Assembly: GCA_900549155.1 (NCBI GenBank)
Contig: URNF01000001.1
Location: 1 to 51,610, forward strand
Length of the DNA stretch: 51,610 bases
Source of the DNA: an uncultured Oscillospiraceae bacterium
GTDB lineage: Bacteria; Bacillota; Clostridia; Oscillospirales; Acutalibacteraceae
Reading direction: 5' to 3'
A model generated the notes under the pieces. It searched no databases. It was not told where the DNA came from and saw only the letters and a list, made by a program, of their open reading frames with translations. A program made the translations under genes and the position numbers. Shown here piece by piece: positions 1 to 8,474 of this stretch. How positions within the stretch are numbered: the first letter of the stretch is position 1; each line of letters starts with the position of its first letter.

Positions 1-733
1 GTGTTCCCGCCTCTTCGATGACGCCGTCCGCCATGAACAGCACCTTGTCCGACACATTTTCCGCAAACTCCATTTCGTGCGTCACCACGATCATGGTGCT
101 GTCCTTGCTTTTCAGTCCCCTGATGACCTTGAGCACCTCACCTGTCAGCTCGGGATCGAGCGCCGAGGTCGGCTCGTCAAAGCAAAGGATGTCGGGGCTG
201 AGCGCCAGCGCCCGCGCGATCGCGACGCGCTGCTGCTGTCCGCCGGACAGCTCGCAGGGATAGCTTTCGCTTTTCCCCGCCATGCCGACCTTTTCGAGTA
301 GTCTGTCCGCCTGTGCGTCGATGGCGGCAGCCGCCTCGCGCACGGTGGTCGCGCCCTCAAAGCTGCCGTCTTTCTTGAGCATTTCCCGCGCCAGCAGCAT
401 TTTTGCCAGCGTGACATTCTTCTTCACCGTATATTGCGGGAAAAGGTTGAACTGCTGGAACACCAGCCCGAAATGCAGCCGCCGCGCTCTGATCGCCGCC
501 TCGCTTTGTGTCGTGCGGTCTGCGGCGTCAAACAGCGTCTCGCCGTTCACGCGAATGACACCCTTTTCCGGCGTCTCCAGGAAGTTAAGGCACCGCAGCA
601 GCGTCGTCTTGCCGCTGCCGGAGGAGCCGATCACCGACAGCACCTCGCCCTTTTCAAGCGAAAAGCCGATGCCGCGCAGCACCGCCGTTTTGCCGTAGTG
701 CTTGTGGATGTTTTCTACCTCTAAAACCGGCAT
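1..733 (-). CDS. Polar amino acid ABC transporter ATP-binding protein (GlnQ/HisP-like); 3' end runs off the window
   Basis: Absent from the ORF track because there is no stop in the window. My translation from ATG at 733 gives MPVLEVENIHKHYGKTAVLRGIGFSLEKGEVLSVIGSSGSGKTTLLRCLNFLE... It has Walker A GSSGSGKT, signature LSGGQQQRVAIARAL and Walker B ILCFDEPTSALD. It sits directly downstream of the permease gene. Confidence 0.9.
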   Translation of the reverse strand, partial: MPVLEVENIHKHYGKTAVLRGIGFSLEKGEVLSVIGSSGSGKTTLLRCLNFLETPEKGVIRVNGETLFDAADRTTQSEAAIRARRLHFGLVFQQFNLFPQYTVKKNVTLAKMLLAREMLKKDGSFEGATTVREAAAAIDAQADRLLEKVGMAGKSESYPCELSGGQQQRVAIARALALSPDILCFDEPTSALDPELTGEVLKVIRGLKSKDSTMIVVTHEMEFAENVSDKVLFMADGVIEEAGT

Positions 734-745
734 GATGCTCCCCCC

Positions 746-1405
746 TTAGCTCCGAAAATAGCTCAGCCGTTTCTCCAAATAGCCGAAAAGCAGCGTTAGA
801 ACGCCGGAGAACAGCAGATAATACAGTCCCGTGAAAAACAGCGGCCAAATGAGACCGGCGGATTTGATGAACGCCTCACCCGCCCAAATGATCTCATACA
901 CGGCGATGACGCGCGCAAGTGACGTGTCCTTCACAAGCGTGATGATCTCGTTGCTCATGGGCGGCAGGATGCGCTTGATGACCTGCTTTAACACGATGCG
1001 GAAAAAGATCTGCGTGCGCGTCATGCCGAGCACCTGTCCCGCCTCATACTGCCCCTTTGGGATGGACTGGATGCCGCCGCGATAAATTTCGGAAAAATAG
1101 CAGGCATAGTTGAGAATGAACGCCACCAGCACCGCGATAAAGCGGCTGGCGTTGCCCGTGCCCCAAAGATTGTAGTGGAACAAAAGTCCAGGCCCATAGT
1201 AAATGACGATGAGCTGCAGCATCAGCGGCGTGCCGCGCACGACCCACACGATGGCTTTCACCAGCATCCGCAGCGGCGAAAAACGGCTCATCGAGCCGAA
1301 CGCGACAAGAAGCCCCAGCGGCAGCGCGCCGAGCAGCGTGCAGCAAAAAAGCTCCAGCGTTTTCAGAAATCCGTTGTTGAGTGAGCCTATAACCTCAGAA
1401 AACAT
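746..1405 (-). CDS. Polar amino acid ABC transporter permease (HisM/GlnP family)
   Basis: 219-aa multi-TM ORF with an EAA-like loop (GQYEAGQVLGMTRTQIFFRIVLKQ). SD GAGGTAG lies upstream of ATG 1405. It forms an operon with the flanking ATPase and binding protein. Confidence 0.9.
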   Translation of the reverse strand: MFSEVIGSLNNGFLKTLELFCCTLLGALPLGLLVAFGSMSRFSPLRMLVKAIVWVVRGTPLMLQLIVIYYGPGLLFHYNLWGTGNASRFIAVLVAFILNYACYFSEIYRGGIQSIPKGQYEAGQVLGMTRTQIFFRIVLKQVIKRILPPMSNEIITLVKDTSLARVIAVYEIIWAGEAFIKSAGLIWPLFFTGLYYLLFSGVLTLLFGYLEKRLSYFRS

Positions 1406-1490
1406 ATCTATTCTACCTCAAAAATGAAAGGGATTTGACGCGCCGCAAAGGCAGAGACTGCCGTCCCTGCCTTTTTTATGGCGCTTTGGT

Positions 1491-2288
1491 TTACTGTGCG
1501 ATGATGGACTCCTGCACACCGTATTTCTTGGCGGTCTCCATCATGCTGCCGTCCGCATACGCCTTCTTGAAGAAGTCGTTGAGCTTGCCGACCAGATCGG
1601 AGTCCTTGCGGAAGCCGACGCCGTATTCTTCGCTGTTGAGCGCGACCGTATAGGCAAGATCGGGATAGCTCGTGCCCTCACCGATCATGGCACCCGCCAT
1701 CAGAAGGTCGATGATGCTGGCGTTCGAGGTGCCCGCGGCAACTTCCTTGAGCGCGTCCGCCTGTGTGGTGAGCGCGGTCATGTTCCAGTTGTTTTCCTTT
1801 GCCTGCTTCTCACCGGCAGAGCCGCCCTCAACCGCGAAGTTCAGCGCACAAAGGCTTTCCTTGGTGGCATATTTGTCCTTGTCCGCCTTGTTCACGACCA
1901 CGACCTGTGCGTTCTTGCAATAGGCGTTCGAGGTGCCCATCGCCGCTTTCACACCGTCGTCCAGCGTCATGCCGTTCCAGACAACGTCGATGGTCTTATT
2001 GTTCAGCTCCATCACCTTGTTGTCCCAGTTGATCTCGATGAACTCGACCTCAACGCCCAGCTCCTTGGCAAACGCCGTCGCCATGTCCGCGTCGAAACCG
2101 ATCCACTTGCCGCTGCCCTTCGTCTCCTCATAGTCCATCGGCGCAAAGTCCGTGATGCCGACGATGAGCTTGCCCTTTTCCTTGACATACTCCGCGTCCG
2201 TCTTTTCGGTGTCCTTGCTGCCGCAGCCGGTGAGTCCCAGCGTCAGCACCATCAGCAGTGCCAAAACCAATGCAAATCCTTTTTTCAT
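1491..2288 (-). CDS. Amino acid ABC transporter substrate-binding lipoprotein
   Basis: MKKGFALVLALLMVLTLGLTGCGS is a signal peptide with lipobox LTGC. The body is a family-3 SBP-like sequence. I prefer ATG 2288 (SD AAAGGGAG, 8-nt spacer) over the track's TTG at 2294. Confidence 0.9.
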   Translation of the reverse strand: MKKGFALVLALLMVLTLGLTGCGSKDTEKTDAEYVKEKGKLIVGITDFAPMDYEETKGSGKWIGFDADMATAFAKELGVEVEFIEINWDNKVMELNNKTIDVVWNGMTLDDGVKAAMGTSNAYCKNAQVVVVNKADKDKYATKESLCALNFAVEGGSAGEKQAKENNWNMTALTTQADALKEVAAGTSNASIIDLLMAGAMIGEGTSYPDLAYTVALNSEEYGVGFRKDSDLVGKLNDFFKKAYADGSMMETAKKYGVQESIIAQ

Positions 2289-2337
2289 TTTCAAAACTCC
2301 CTTTCGTAATTCCCGTTTCGGGTTTGTCGATGGGTGT

Positions 2338-2366
2338 ATTATACTTCACTTCGCTAAAGTTGTAAA
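2338..2366 (-). promoter_or_regulatory. Sigma-A-like promoter of the amino acid ABC operon
   Basis: On the minus strand: TTTACA (2366..2361), 17-nt spacer, TATAAT (2343..2338). Confidence 0.55.
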
Positions 2367-2487
2367 GTGTTTTTTGACAAATTTTTGCGATTTGGAGAAT
2401 GTTCCATACAGATGCCGTTTTTCAGAGAAATAACTGTGCAGGTTGTCCATAAAACGCCGACCCCCGCCCCGGTCGACGGTTTTCCCC

Positions 2488-2516
2488 TTGAAAATGCCGT
2501 CGGAGTATGGTATAGT
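2488..2516 (+). promoter_or_regulatory. Sigma-A-like promoter of the XRE regulator gene
   Basis: TTGAAA (2488..2493), 17-nt spacer, TATAGT (2511..2516). Confidence 0.5.
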
Positions 2517-2549
2517 ATAGATGTATTTTCATCGAAAGGAGCATGCGCC

Positions 2550-3152
2550 GTGGACGACTTAAAACAGATCGTTGCCGCCAACATCACCGACCTGCGCAAG
2601 AAAAACAACATCACCCAAGCCGAGCTGGCGCAGCGCCTGAACTATACCGACAAAGCGGTCTCCAAATGGGAGCGCGGCGAGTCGCTGCCGGATGTGGCGG
2701 TTTTGAAGCAGATCGCCGACATCTTTTCGGTCAAGATCGACTATCTTGTCACCGCCGAGCACCCCGACAAAGCGCCCGAGCCGCCCGCCGTCAACCGACG
2801 CCGCCTGCGCAATCACCGTTTGATCGCGGGCATGTCGATCGTGCTGGTGTGGCTCATCGCGACCTTTGTGTTCGTCAACATCCAGCTTGTGCTGCCGAAC
2901 CTTGTGCACCAGTGGCTGGCGTTCGTGTTTGCCGTGCCGGTGAGCTGCATCGTTTGGCTGGTGTTCAACGCGGTGTGGTTCAACAGAAAGCGCAACTTCT
3001 TCATCATTTCGCTGCTGGTGTGGTCGATTTTGGCGTGTGTCTATCTGTGCCTTCTCTGTTTGGCACGGTATAACGCCTGGCTGCTGTTCGTCATCGGCAT
3101 CCCCGCACAGATCATCATTTTCATGTGGTCGGGCATCCGTCTCAGAAAATAA
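2550..3152 (+). CDS. Membrane-tethered XRE-family HTH transcriptional regulator
   Basis: The HTH_3-like N-terminus reads NITQAELAQRLNYTDKAVSKWERGESLPDVAVLKQIADIFSVKIDYLV. It is followed by about 4 hydrophobic helices (LIAGMSIVLVWLIATFVFV, WLAFVFAVPVSCIVWLVF and others). GTG 2550 lies 8 nt after SD AAAGGAG; the upstream part of track ORF 2367..3152 has no SD. Confidence 0.8.
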   Translation: MDDLKQIVAANITDLRKKNNITQAELAQRLNYTDKAVSKWERGESLPDVAVLKQIADIFSVKIDYLVTAEHPDKAPEPPAVNRRRLRNHRLIAGMSIVLVWLIATFVFVNIQLVLPNLVHQWLAFVFAVPVSCIVWLVFNAVWFNRKRNFFIISLLVWSILACVYLCLLCLARYNAWLLFVIGIPAQIIIFMWSGIRLRK

Positions 3153-3172
3153 CACCCACAAACAACAACGCG

Positions 3173-3286
3173 CGACACAGAAAACAATATCCACCACAGG
3201 AAACAACGTCCGACACAGGAAATGCCGGCTGAAACAGAAAATGCCATCTGACGCAGAGAACAACATCCGACACGGAAATCATATTA
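3173..3286 (+). repeat. Six tandem 19-nt A/C-rich repeats (consensus YGACACAGRAAAYRMCRTC)
   Basis: The units are CGACACAGAAAACAATATC, CACCACAGGAAACAACGTC, CGACACAGGAAATGCCGGC, TGAAACAGAAAATGCCATC, TGACGCAGAGAACAACATC and CGACACGGAAATCATATTA. They sit head to tail at 3173, 3192, 3211, 3230, 3249 and 3268. Confidence 0.85.
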
Positions 3287-3294
3287 CAACAAAA

Positions 3295-3326
3295 GGGACA
3301 GACACGACGGTGTCTGTCCCTTTTTT
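3295..3326 (+). terminator. Rho-independent terminator of the XRE gene and repeat array
   Basis: GGGACAGACAC / GTGTCTGTCCC stem followed by TTTTTT. Confidence 0.8.
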
Positions 3327-3394
3327 GCTGCTAATTCGCGCAGCTCCCCTCTTTGGAAATTGAGAAGCCGCCCGCGCGCACCCGTGCGAAAAGA

Positions 3395-3428
3395 AAAATG
3401 CCTCGGCAGAAAACTGCCGAGGCATTTT
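3395..3428 (-). terminator. Rho-independent terminator of the giant secreted protein gene (bidirectional shape)
   Basis: AAAATGCCTCGGCAG aaaa CTGCCGAGGCATTTT lies 11 nt after the stop codon at 3439..3441. An A/T run flanks both sides. Confidence 0.8.
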
Positions 3429-3438
3429 GGGGTTTTCC

Positions 3439-6400
3439 TTAGGCTTTCGCCTCGTTATAGGTCATCGAGACCGTGCCGGAATAGATGAACGTGCCGTCTG
3501 CCAGCTGCAGGTATGCACGCGAGCACACCTTGACGTCGGGTGCCTGATCCAAACCGGTGACCTGCACAGCGATGTCGACATAGGCGTCGCTGTAGTCATA
3601 ATACTTGTTCGCCGAAAGGACGCTGCGCTTGACGATATAGCTGCCGGGGGTAGCCAGTTCATTGGTCAGCTCTCTGCCGTTCAGCGTGGTATCCAGCGCA
3701 AGCAGCATGCCGTAGTCCGCGACCTCGGTGGCAACACCGTCAATGTCGGTATAGACCTTGCCGTCCTCGCCGGTGTAGAGGTTGACGCGGTTCACGAAGC
3801 GCAGCGCTTCTTTCTCCGCGTTCACCTGCGTGCCGATGCACGCGATGGAAACCTCATCCTCGGTGTGCGGCGTATAGAACTCAGCCTGGAAATAGGCATC
3901 GCCCTTGGAATAGAACAGGAAGCTGTCCGCGTTGTAGTCATCCGTGCGGAAGCCGACGCGCGTCGGATACAGCGTGCTGCCGTCGGCATCGGTGCCGCGC
4001 AGCGTGTCGGGCTTCAGCTGTTCGTCCGCATCCGGACGGACCGTGACCTTCCATGCGAGATAGCCGTCTTTTGTGCTGTCGTTGTTCGCCGCACGCTCAA
4101 CCGTGAGCTTGCCGCCCGCAGACTGCACCGCCTTGCCGGTGCTCAGACCGCCGACCTGAATGCTCATGGGATACAGGTTCGGCGCCTTGCCGGCGAAGCC
4201 CTGTGCGAAATAGCCCGCTTCGTTGTTTTGGAGCGTCGCGCTGAAGTTGTGGTTCGTGCTGTCCTTTGTGACTGTGCCGGTGAGCGAGTCGCCGCGCACT
4301 TCCACGCGCACGACCAGCGTGGGCTTGGCAGACGTATAGTCATAGGTGGCAAGCACCGTCTCCGTGCCGTTGTCATACAGGGTGACGCCGGTGAGCGTGA
4401 TCTTCAGGAAGGACGTGTTGTTCAGCGGCTGCCACAGGTCGTCGGTGAACTTGCCGGGTTCCTTCATGCGGAAGCCGAAGAGTCCCGCCGCATCGCCGGA
4501 ATCGGCAAAGCGGAAGTTCATCGTGGCGACGCAGTCAAGTCCCTTCATCTGCTGTCCCTCAGCCGTCTTCGGCACGAGAGATGCAATGTTGGTGAGAGAA
4601 GTCGCATCGTCACTGAGCGTGACATTGGAGGTCTTGGTGAACTGCGCCCAGCCCCAATACAGAGCGTGGCTGTACCAGCCCTTTTCGCCCGCGTCGTTGC
4701 CGAACACGGAGGAATGCTTGACATACTCCGCTTCATTCTGATAATAGAGATCATAGCGGGAGTTGAGATATGCCTTGATGCTGTCATAGACACCCTTGCT
4801 CTTCGCGGTGGCAACATCGATATACGAATAGTTGCCCGGATACAGGTTCTTCGAGGTATCCCAGCCGCCGGAAGCCTTCAGATCCTCCTCGGTCGTCACA
4901 ACGGAAGCATAGGCTTCTTTTGCGATCTCGTCCGCATCGCGATTGTCGCCGTCGCGGTCGAGCAGGTTCAGACGGATGTCGGCAAGACCGACCTCGGCGC
5001 CGCCGACGCTGTAGTACAGATAGCCGCTGCCGAGACGGTTGATCGTCTTTGTGGTCTCAAACAGCACCGCATCGGTGTGGAAATCCGTGACCTTCACCGT
5101 CAGCTCATTGGCAACCAGCTTTGCATAGACATGCAGGTTCCATGCGTCGTTGCCGCCGTTGTCCCAGGCGGTGAATTCGCTGCAATAGCTGCCGTCAGCC
5201 TGTTTGATACAGGTGGCATTCCGCGACGCAGCCGCATTACGATAGGAATAGTCCACCGCAACGCCGTCATAGATAGCGATGCCTTTCTTGTTAATGAGGA
5301 TGGCATCCTTGTTGTTTTTGGTGCCGTGATATCCCTCTGCCGGTCTGCCCGCTTCATCGGAACGGAACGCGAGCAGCACAGCGATTTCATCGACATTGAT
5401 GGAACCTGTGTTGAGGTTAAAGGTGACATCAAATTCGGTCTCGAAGTTCGCGGTCTTGACCGCCTCGCCGTTCATCTTCGGCACAAGCGACATGGTCTTT
5501 CTAAGCATGGCGTCGTTGCCGTAGCTGCCGCCGGAGAAGGTCGCCGTCAGGAAACGTCCGGCGCGCAGCTTCCACTGTGCGTGATGGGCGCCGTCCGACG
5601 TATACATGCCGGAATCCTTCGTGTTTGTATACGGATTTTCCAGCTGCGTGGAGCTGCCTTCCTTGGTCGCATAGAAATCGAATTTCTCGCGGAGATAGTC
5701 GGCAGTCGCCTTGTCGGTCGCCTGCGTCTCGTCGGAGAAGTCATAGGGATTGCCGGCGCCGGACAGATAGAAGAGGTCGGCGCCGCTGTTGCGATAGTAG
5801 CCGCCGAAGCGATATTCCGCCAGGCTGCCGAAGTTCGCGCCGTAGTCATAGCCGTCGTTCACATCGCTGAAATCGACTGCATTGCCGTCCTTGTCGAGAC
5901 GGGTGACCACGATGTTGCCGAAGCGTGCCGCGTTGTTGCTGCCGCCGAGAGACAGATAGCCGGAGCCGGTATAGTTCGTCTGCTCGGTCGCCGTGAATTC
6001 CACGTTGCCGTCGGCACTGCTGATCGTGATGGTGACGTTTCTGCCGACCACGCGCAGCTTCAGATGATGCTCGTTTGTGCTAAGGTCCACGCCCGTCGTC
6101 TTTGCATAGACAGCGGCACGCGCGTTGGTTGCCGTGTTCTTCGTTGATTGATTCGTGAAAGTGACGATCGACGCATCGTCCGCCGCCGTCCACTCATCAT
6201 AGGTCTTGGTGCTCTTGTTGAAGATATAGCCGGAGGACAGCTTCAGTTCGTTGTCGCCGCCGACAATATAGCCGCCGTAGGGCGAAATGGCAAAGAGTCC
6301 GGTGTCCACATTACCTCTGCCGATCAGCGACGAGGGAGCGCGGAATGCCACCGTGAGGTTGGCATAGTCAAACGCCGCGTCGGGGCGCAGGATAACATCC

Positions 6401-7986
6401 GCCTCCAGCTCAAAGTTTTCGAGCTGCGCCAGCGTGCCGTCCGCATTCTTGACGGTCATGGTGTCGTTGTGACGATACATACCGTCGCCCGCAGCCGTAT
6501 TCGACGTGCCGAGGAATTTGTTGGCGGAAAGCCCCCATAAGTGCGTTCTGCCGCTGGCGGACGCGCCGATATAGTCGATATACTCGGGGTAGTCCTTCAC
6601 TTCTCCGGTGTCCGGCTTATAGATCTTGGTGGCATGCACGACGCTGCCCTTTGTGAACTGGTTGCCGTTGGCGTCCACATACATGCCGTTGACCTTCTGC
6701 CGCCGGAAGAAATGACCCTCCTGCTGATAATAGAACGCAAACTTGCTCTCGAGATAATCGACAAGCGCGTCATCGTTCATGTCGATTTCATAGGTCGTAT
6801 TACCGAGCGTCAACGCTTTTTCGACGTTGGTGTCAAAGCCCTCGGCATCATGATTTGCACTGTAGTAATACTTTTTGCTGCTCTCATCATACTTCACATC
6901 CGGCATGTCGGTGAACGAAGCCGTGAACTTCTCAACGTCGGTGTTCAGCGACGCGGCATAGGTGCCGAAATCGACCAGCGCGCCGTCGTCATCCATCTCG
7001 GCGAGTTCAAAGCTCTTGACCTTGAAAGGTGCATTGAAGAAGCCAAAAGAGACATAGCCCTCGGCGGTCACATAGGTCTTGTCGACCGTGTAGATCACAT
7101 CGCCGGTGGCGGTGTCGGTCACGGTGATCGTCGCGGTGCCGTTCAGGGCTTTGACGGTCAGCGTGTAATCCTTGTTCAGCGTCAGCGCATTTTCAAAGCG
7201 TGCGCCCTTGTCGCCGAGTTTGACTTCGCTGGTGCTGGTCTGCATGTTGCCCTCATCGGCAACGCTGGTGCCGCTGATGACATCGCCCTTCTGATAGAAA
7301 GCAACGCCCTCGTTGCCGGGAGCCTTATAGTTGCCGGCGCCGTTGCCGAACACAACGGTGTTGCCGGTCGAACCGGCTTCATAATCGCCTTTGGTCATAT
7401 TCAGATTGCCGACTTCCGTTTCGTGGAAGTTGATGGCAACCGCATTACCGGCGCTGCCCGTGTGTTTCGTGAACCGGAAGGTGAGGCTCGCCTCAAAGTT
7501 CTTCACCTTGGCGAGCTCGCCGTTATACAGCGGGGAAAGGGCGATGCCCTTTCTCAGCATCTGACCGGAGCTGCGACCCTGGAAAAACTGCAGGTAACCG
7601 TCCTCACCGGCAGCGAGGTATTGATTGCCGCTCCAGGTGTCCTTATAGGTCTGCAGATTGTTGGAGTCCTGCCCGAAGAAAGTGCGTTCGGAATTCACAT
7701 AGGTCTGAAAAGCATAGAACTTCTCATTCGCCCAGGTGTTGAATTTGCCGTCAAGCGACGTGGTATCGCTTTTGGGCGTGTAGGGCGCACGGTACATACC
7801 GTCCGTGAAGGTGCCGCCGTTTTCGTTGACCAGTGCGGTAAGGTCGCTGAAATCGGCTGTGAATTTCATGGCAGATGTGGTTTTTGCCGTCGTGGGCAGC
7901 GCGCCCATGACAGACAGCATACCTGCCAACATGGCAACGGTGAGCAGCAGCGCGCCCACAGACTTCCATGTTTTGCGGTTTGACAT
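3439..7986 (-). CDS. Giant secreted protein (1515 aa): four divergent concanavalin-A/LamG-like modules plus a C-terminal beta-rich region
   Basis: SD GGAGAGAGAGAC lies upstream of ATG 7986. The signal peptide is MSNRKTWKSVGALLLTVAMLAGMLSVMGALPTTAKT. Module landmarks recur four times (see finding). There is no LPXTG, SLH, dockerin or TM anchor. Confidence 0.85.
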   Translation of the reverse strand: MSNRKTWKSVGALLLTVAMLAGMLSVMGALPTTAKTTSAMKFTADFSDLTALVNENGGTFTDGMYRAPYTPKSDTTSLDGKFNTWANEKFYAFQTYVNSERTFFGQDSNNLQTYKDTWSGNQYLAAGEDGYLQFFQGRSSGQMLRKGIALSPLYNGELAKVKNFEASLTFRFTKHTGSAGNAVAINFHETEVGNLNMTKGDYEAGSTGNTVVFGNGAGNYKAPGNEGVAFYQKGDVISGTSVADEGNMQTSTSEVKLGDKGARFENALTLNKDYTLTVKALNGTATITVTDTATGDVIYTVDKTYVTAEGYVSFGFFNAPFKVKSFELAEMDDDGALVDFGTYAASLNTDVEKFTASFTDMPDVKYDESSKKYYYSANHDAEGFDTNVEKALTLGNTTYEIDMNDDALVDYLESKFAFYYQQEGHFFRRQKVNGMYVDANGNQFTKGSVVHATKIYKPDTGEVKDYPEYIDYIGASASGRTHLWGLSANKFLGTSNTAAGDGMYRHNDTMTVKNADGTLAQLENFELEADVILRPDAAFDYANLTVAFRAPSSLIGRGNVDTGLFAISPYGGYIVGGDNELKLSSGYIFNKSTKTYDEWTAADDASIVTFTNQSTKNTATNARAAVYAKTTGVDLSTNEHHLKLRVVGRNVTITISSADGNVEFTATEQTNYTGSGYLSLGGSNNAARFGNIVVTRLDKDGNAVDFSDVNDGYDYGANFGSLAEYRFGGYYRNSGADLFYLSGAGNPYDFSDETQATDKATADYLREKFDFYATKEGSSTQLENPYTNTKDSGMYTSDGAHHAQWKLRAGRFLTATFSGGSYGNDAMLRKTMSLVPKMNGEAVKTANFETEFDVTFNLNTGSINVDEIAVLLAFRSDEAGRPAEGYHGTKNNKDAILINKKGIAIYDGVAVDYSYRNAAASRNATCIKQADGSYCSEFTAWDNGGNDAWNLHVYAKLVANELTVKVTDFHTDAVLFETTKTINRLGSGYLYYSVGGAEVGLADIRLNLLDRDGDNRDADEIAKEAYASVVTTEEDLKASGGWDTSKNLYPGNYSYIDVATAKSKGVYDSIKAYLNSRYDLYYQNEAEYVKHSSVFGNDAGEKGWYSHALYWGWAQFTKTSNVTLSDDATSLTNIASLVPKTAEGQQMKGLDCVATMNFRFADSGDAAGLFGFRMKEPGKFTDDLWQPLNNTSFLKITLTGVTLYDNGTETVLATYDYTSAKPTLVVRVEVRGDSLTGTVTKDSTNHNFSATLQNNEAGYFAQGFAGKAPNLYPMSIQVGGLSTGKAVQSAGGKLTVERAANNDSTKDGYLAWKVTVRPDADEQLKPDTLRGTDADGSTLYPTRVGFRTDDYNADSFLFYSKGDAYFQAEFYTPHTEDEVSIACIGTQVNAEKEALRFVNRVNLYTGEDGKVYTDIDGVATEVADYGMLLALDTTLNGRELTNELATPGSYIVKRSVLSANKYYDYSDAYVDIAVQVTGLDQAPDVKVCSRAYLQLADGTFIYSGTVSMTYNEAKA

Positions 7987-8065
7987 AGTCTCTCTCTCCT
8001 TTTTTGAATAGTTTTTTTGCCGACGGAAAGCCATTTTCCGTCAGCTTGTACTATTGCACGGTATA

Positions 8066-8094
8066 ATAGTAGCACGCCGATGTAAAATTTTCAA
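8066..8094 (-). promoter_or_regulatory. Sigma-A-like promoter of the giant protein gene
   Basis: On the minus strand: TTGAAA (8094..8089), 17-nt spacer, TACTAT (8071..8066). Confidence 0.5.
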
Positions 8095-8223
8095 GGTATT
8101 TTCATGATTTTTTCAAAATTTTTTGTTACTCTTAGCCATTCCCTGTTCATTTCGCGGATGGGTTTTATGAAAATCGCATAAAACGTCATTTTCTGCGCAG
8201 CGAAAACGGCAAAAGCGAAAAAC

Positions 8224-8257
8224 AAAAAACGCGCGCTGCAAATGCAACGCGCGTTTT
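8224..8257 (-). terminator. Rho-independent terminator of small peptide gene P1
   Basis: AAAACGCGCG...CGCGCGTTTT is a perfect palindrome. On the minus strand it is followed by TTTTTTGTTTTT. Confidence 0.75.
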
Positions 8258-8286
8258 GCGTGTTTCAGTTTCAGATTCGCCTTACC

Positions 8287-8406
8287 TTACGGCTTCAACA
8301 GCGAGGACAGATTCACATCAATGTCGCCGAGATCGGGCGCCGCAATACCCTCTGCAAACACATAGCGCAGGGAATTCACGACCGGCGCTTCATACTGCTT
8401 TTTCAT
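8287..8406 (-). CDS. Small peptide P1, 39 aa (MKKQYEAPVVNSLRYVFAEGIAAPDLGDIDVNLSSLLKP)
   Basis: Hand-translated, since it is below the ORF-track size cut-off. It has SD GGAGAAGGGTG, its own promoter and terminator, and a paralog at 14487..14603. Confidence 0.6.
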   Translation of the reverse strand: MKKQYEAPVVNSLRYVFAEGIAAPDLGDIDVNLSSLLKP

Positions 8407-8474
8407 GGACAAATCACCCTTCTCCTACTGATTTTCAAATCCGCTTTACACAGATACAACTCTCTACGCTCATG

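Noticed and set aside
3173-3286. Two alternative readings of the 19-nt array: a coding repeat of track ORF 3037..3363, or a CsrA-sponge RNA.
   Set aside because: A 19-nt period cannot be maintained in one reading frame, and that ORF has no SD, so coding is rejected. The CsrA-sponge idea is not called because only three of six units contain GGA and I cannot verify hairpin presentation. It is kept only as a hypothesis in the finding.
3427-7983. Very long plus-strand ORFs (906 aa at 3427..6147, 130 aa at 6148..6540, 480 aa at 6541..7983) opposite the giant secreted protein gene.
   Set aside because: They are antisense shadows typical of high-GC DNA. Their composition is Arg/Ala/Gly/Val-rich low complexity, and they have no SD and no recognisable motifs. 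The minus-strand frame, by contrast, has a signal peptide, an SD and an internally repeated domain structure.
8100-8180. 25-codon plus-strand ORF (MIFSKFFVTLSHSLFISRMGFMKIA) in the AT-rich gap upstream of the giant gene. A 22-codon ORF at 46949..47017 is a similar case.
   Set aside because: They have no SD, no terminator and no paralog, and they lie in promoter-type AT-rich DNA. They are most likely chance ORFs.
8287-8406. Calling P1 and P2 bona fide lasso peptide precursors.
   Set aside because: No lasso cyclase, leader peptidase or RRE gene is in the window. The penultimate leader Thr is absent, and P2 lacks an acidic residue at core positions 7-9 in any obvious register. They are reported only as orphan RRE-leader-like peptides.
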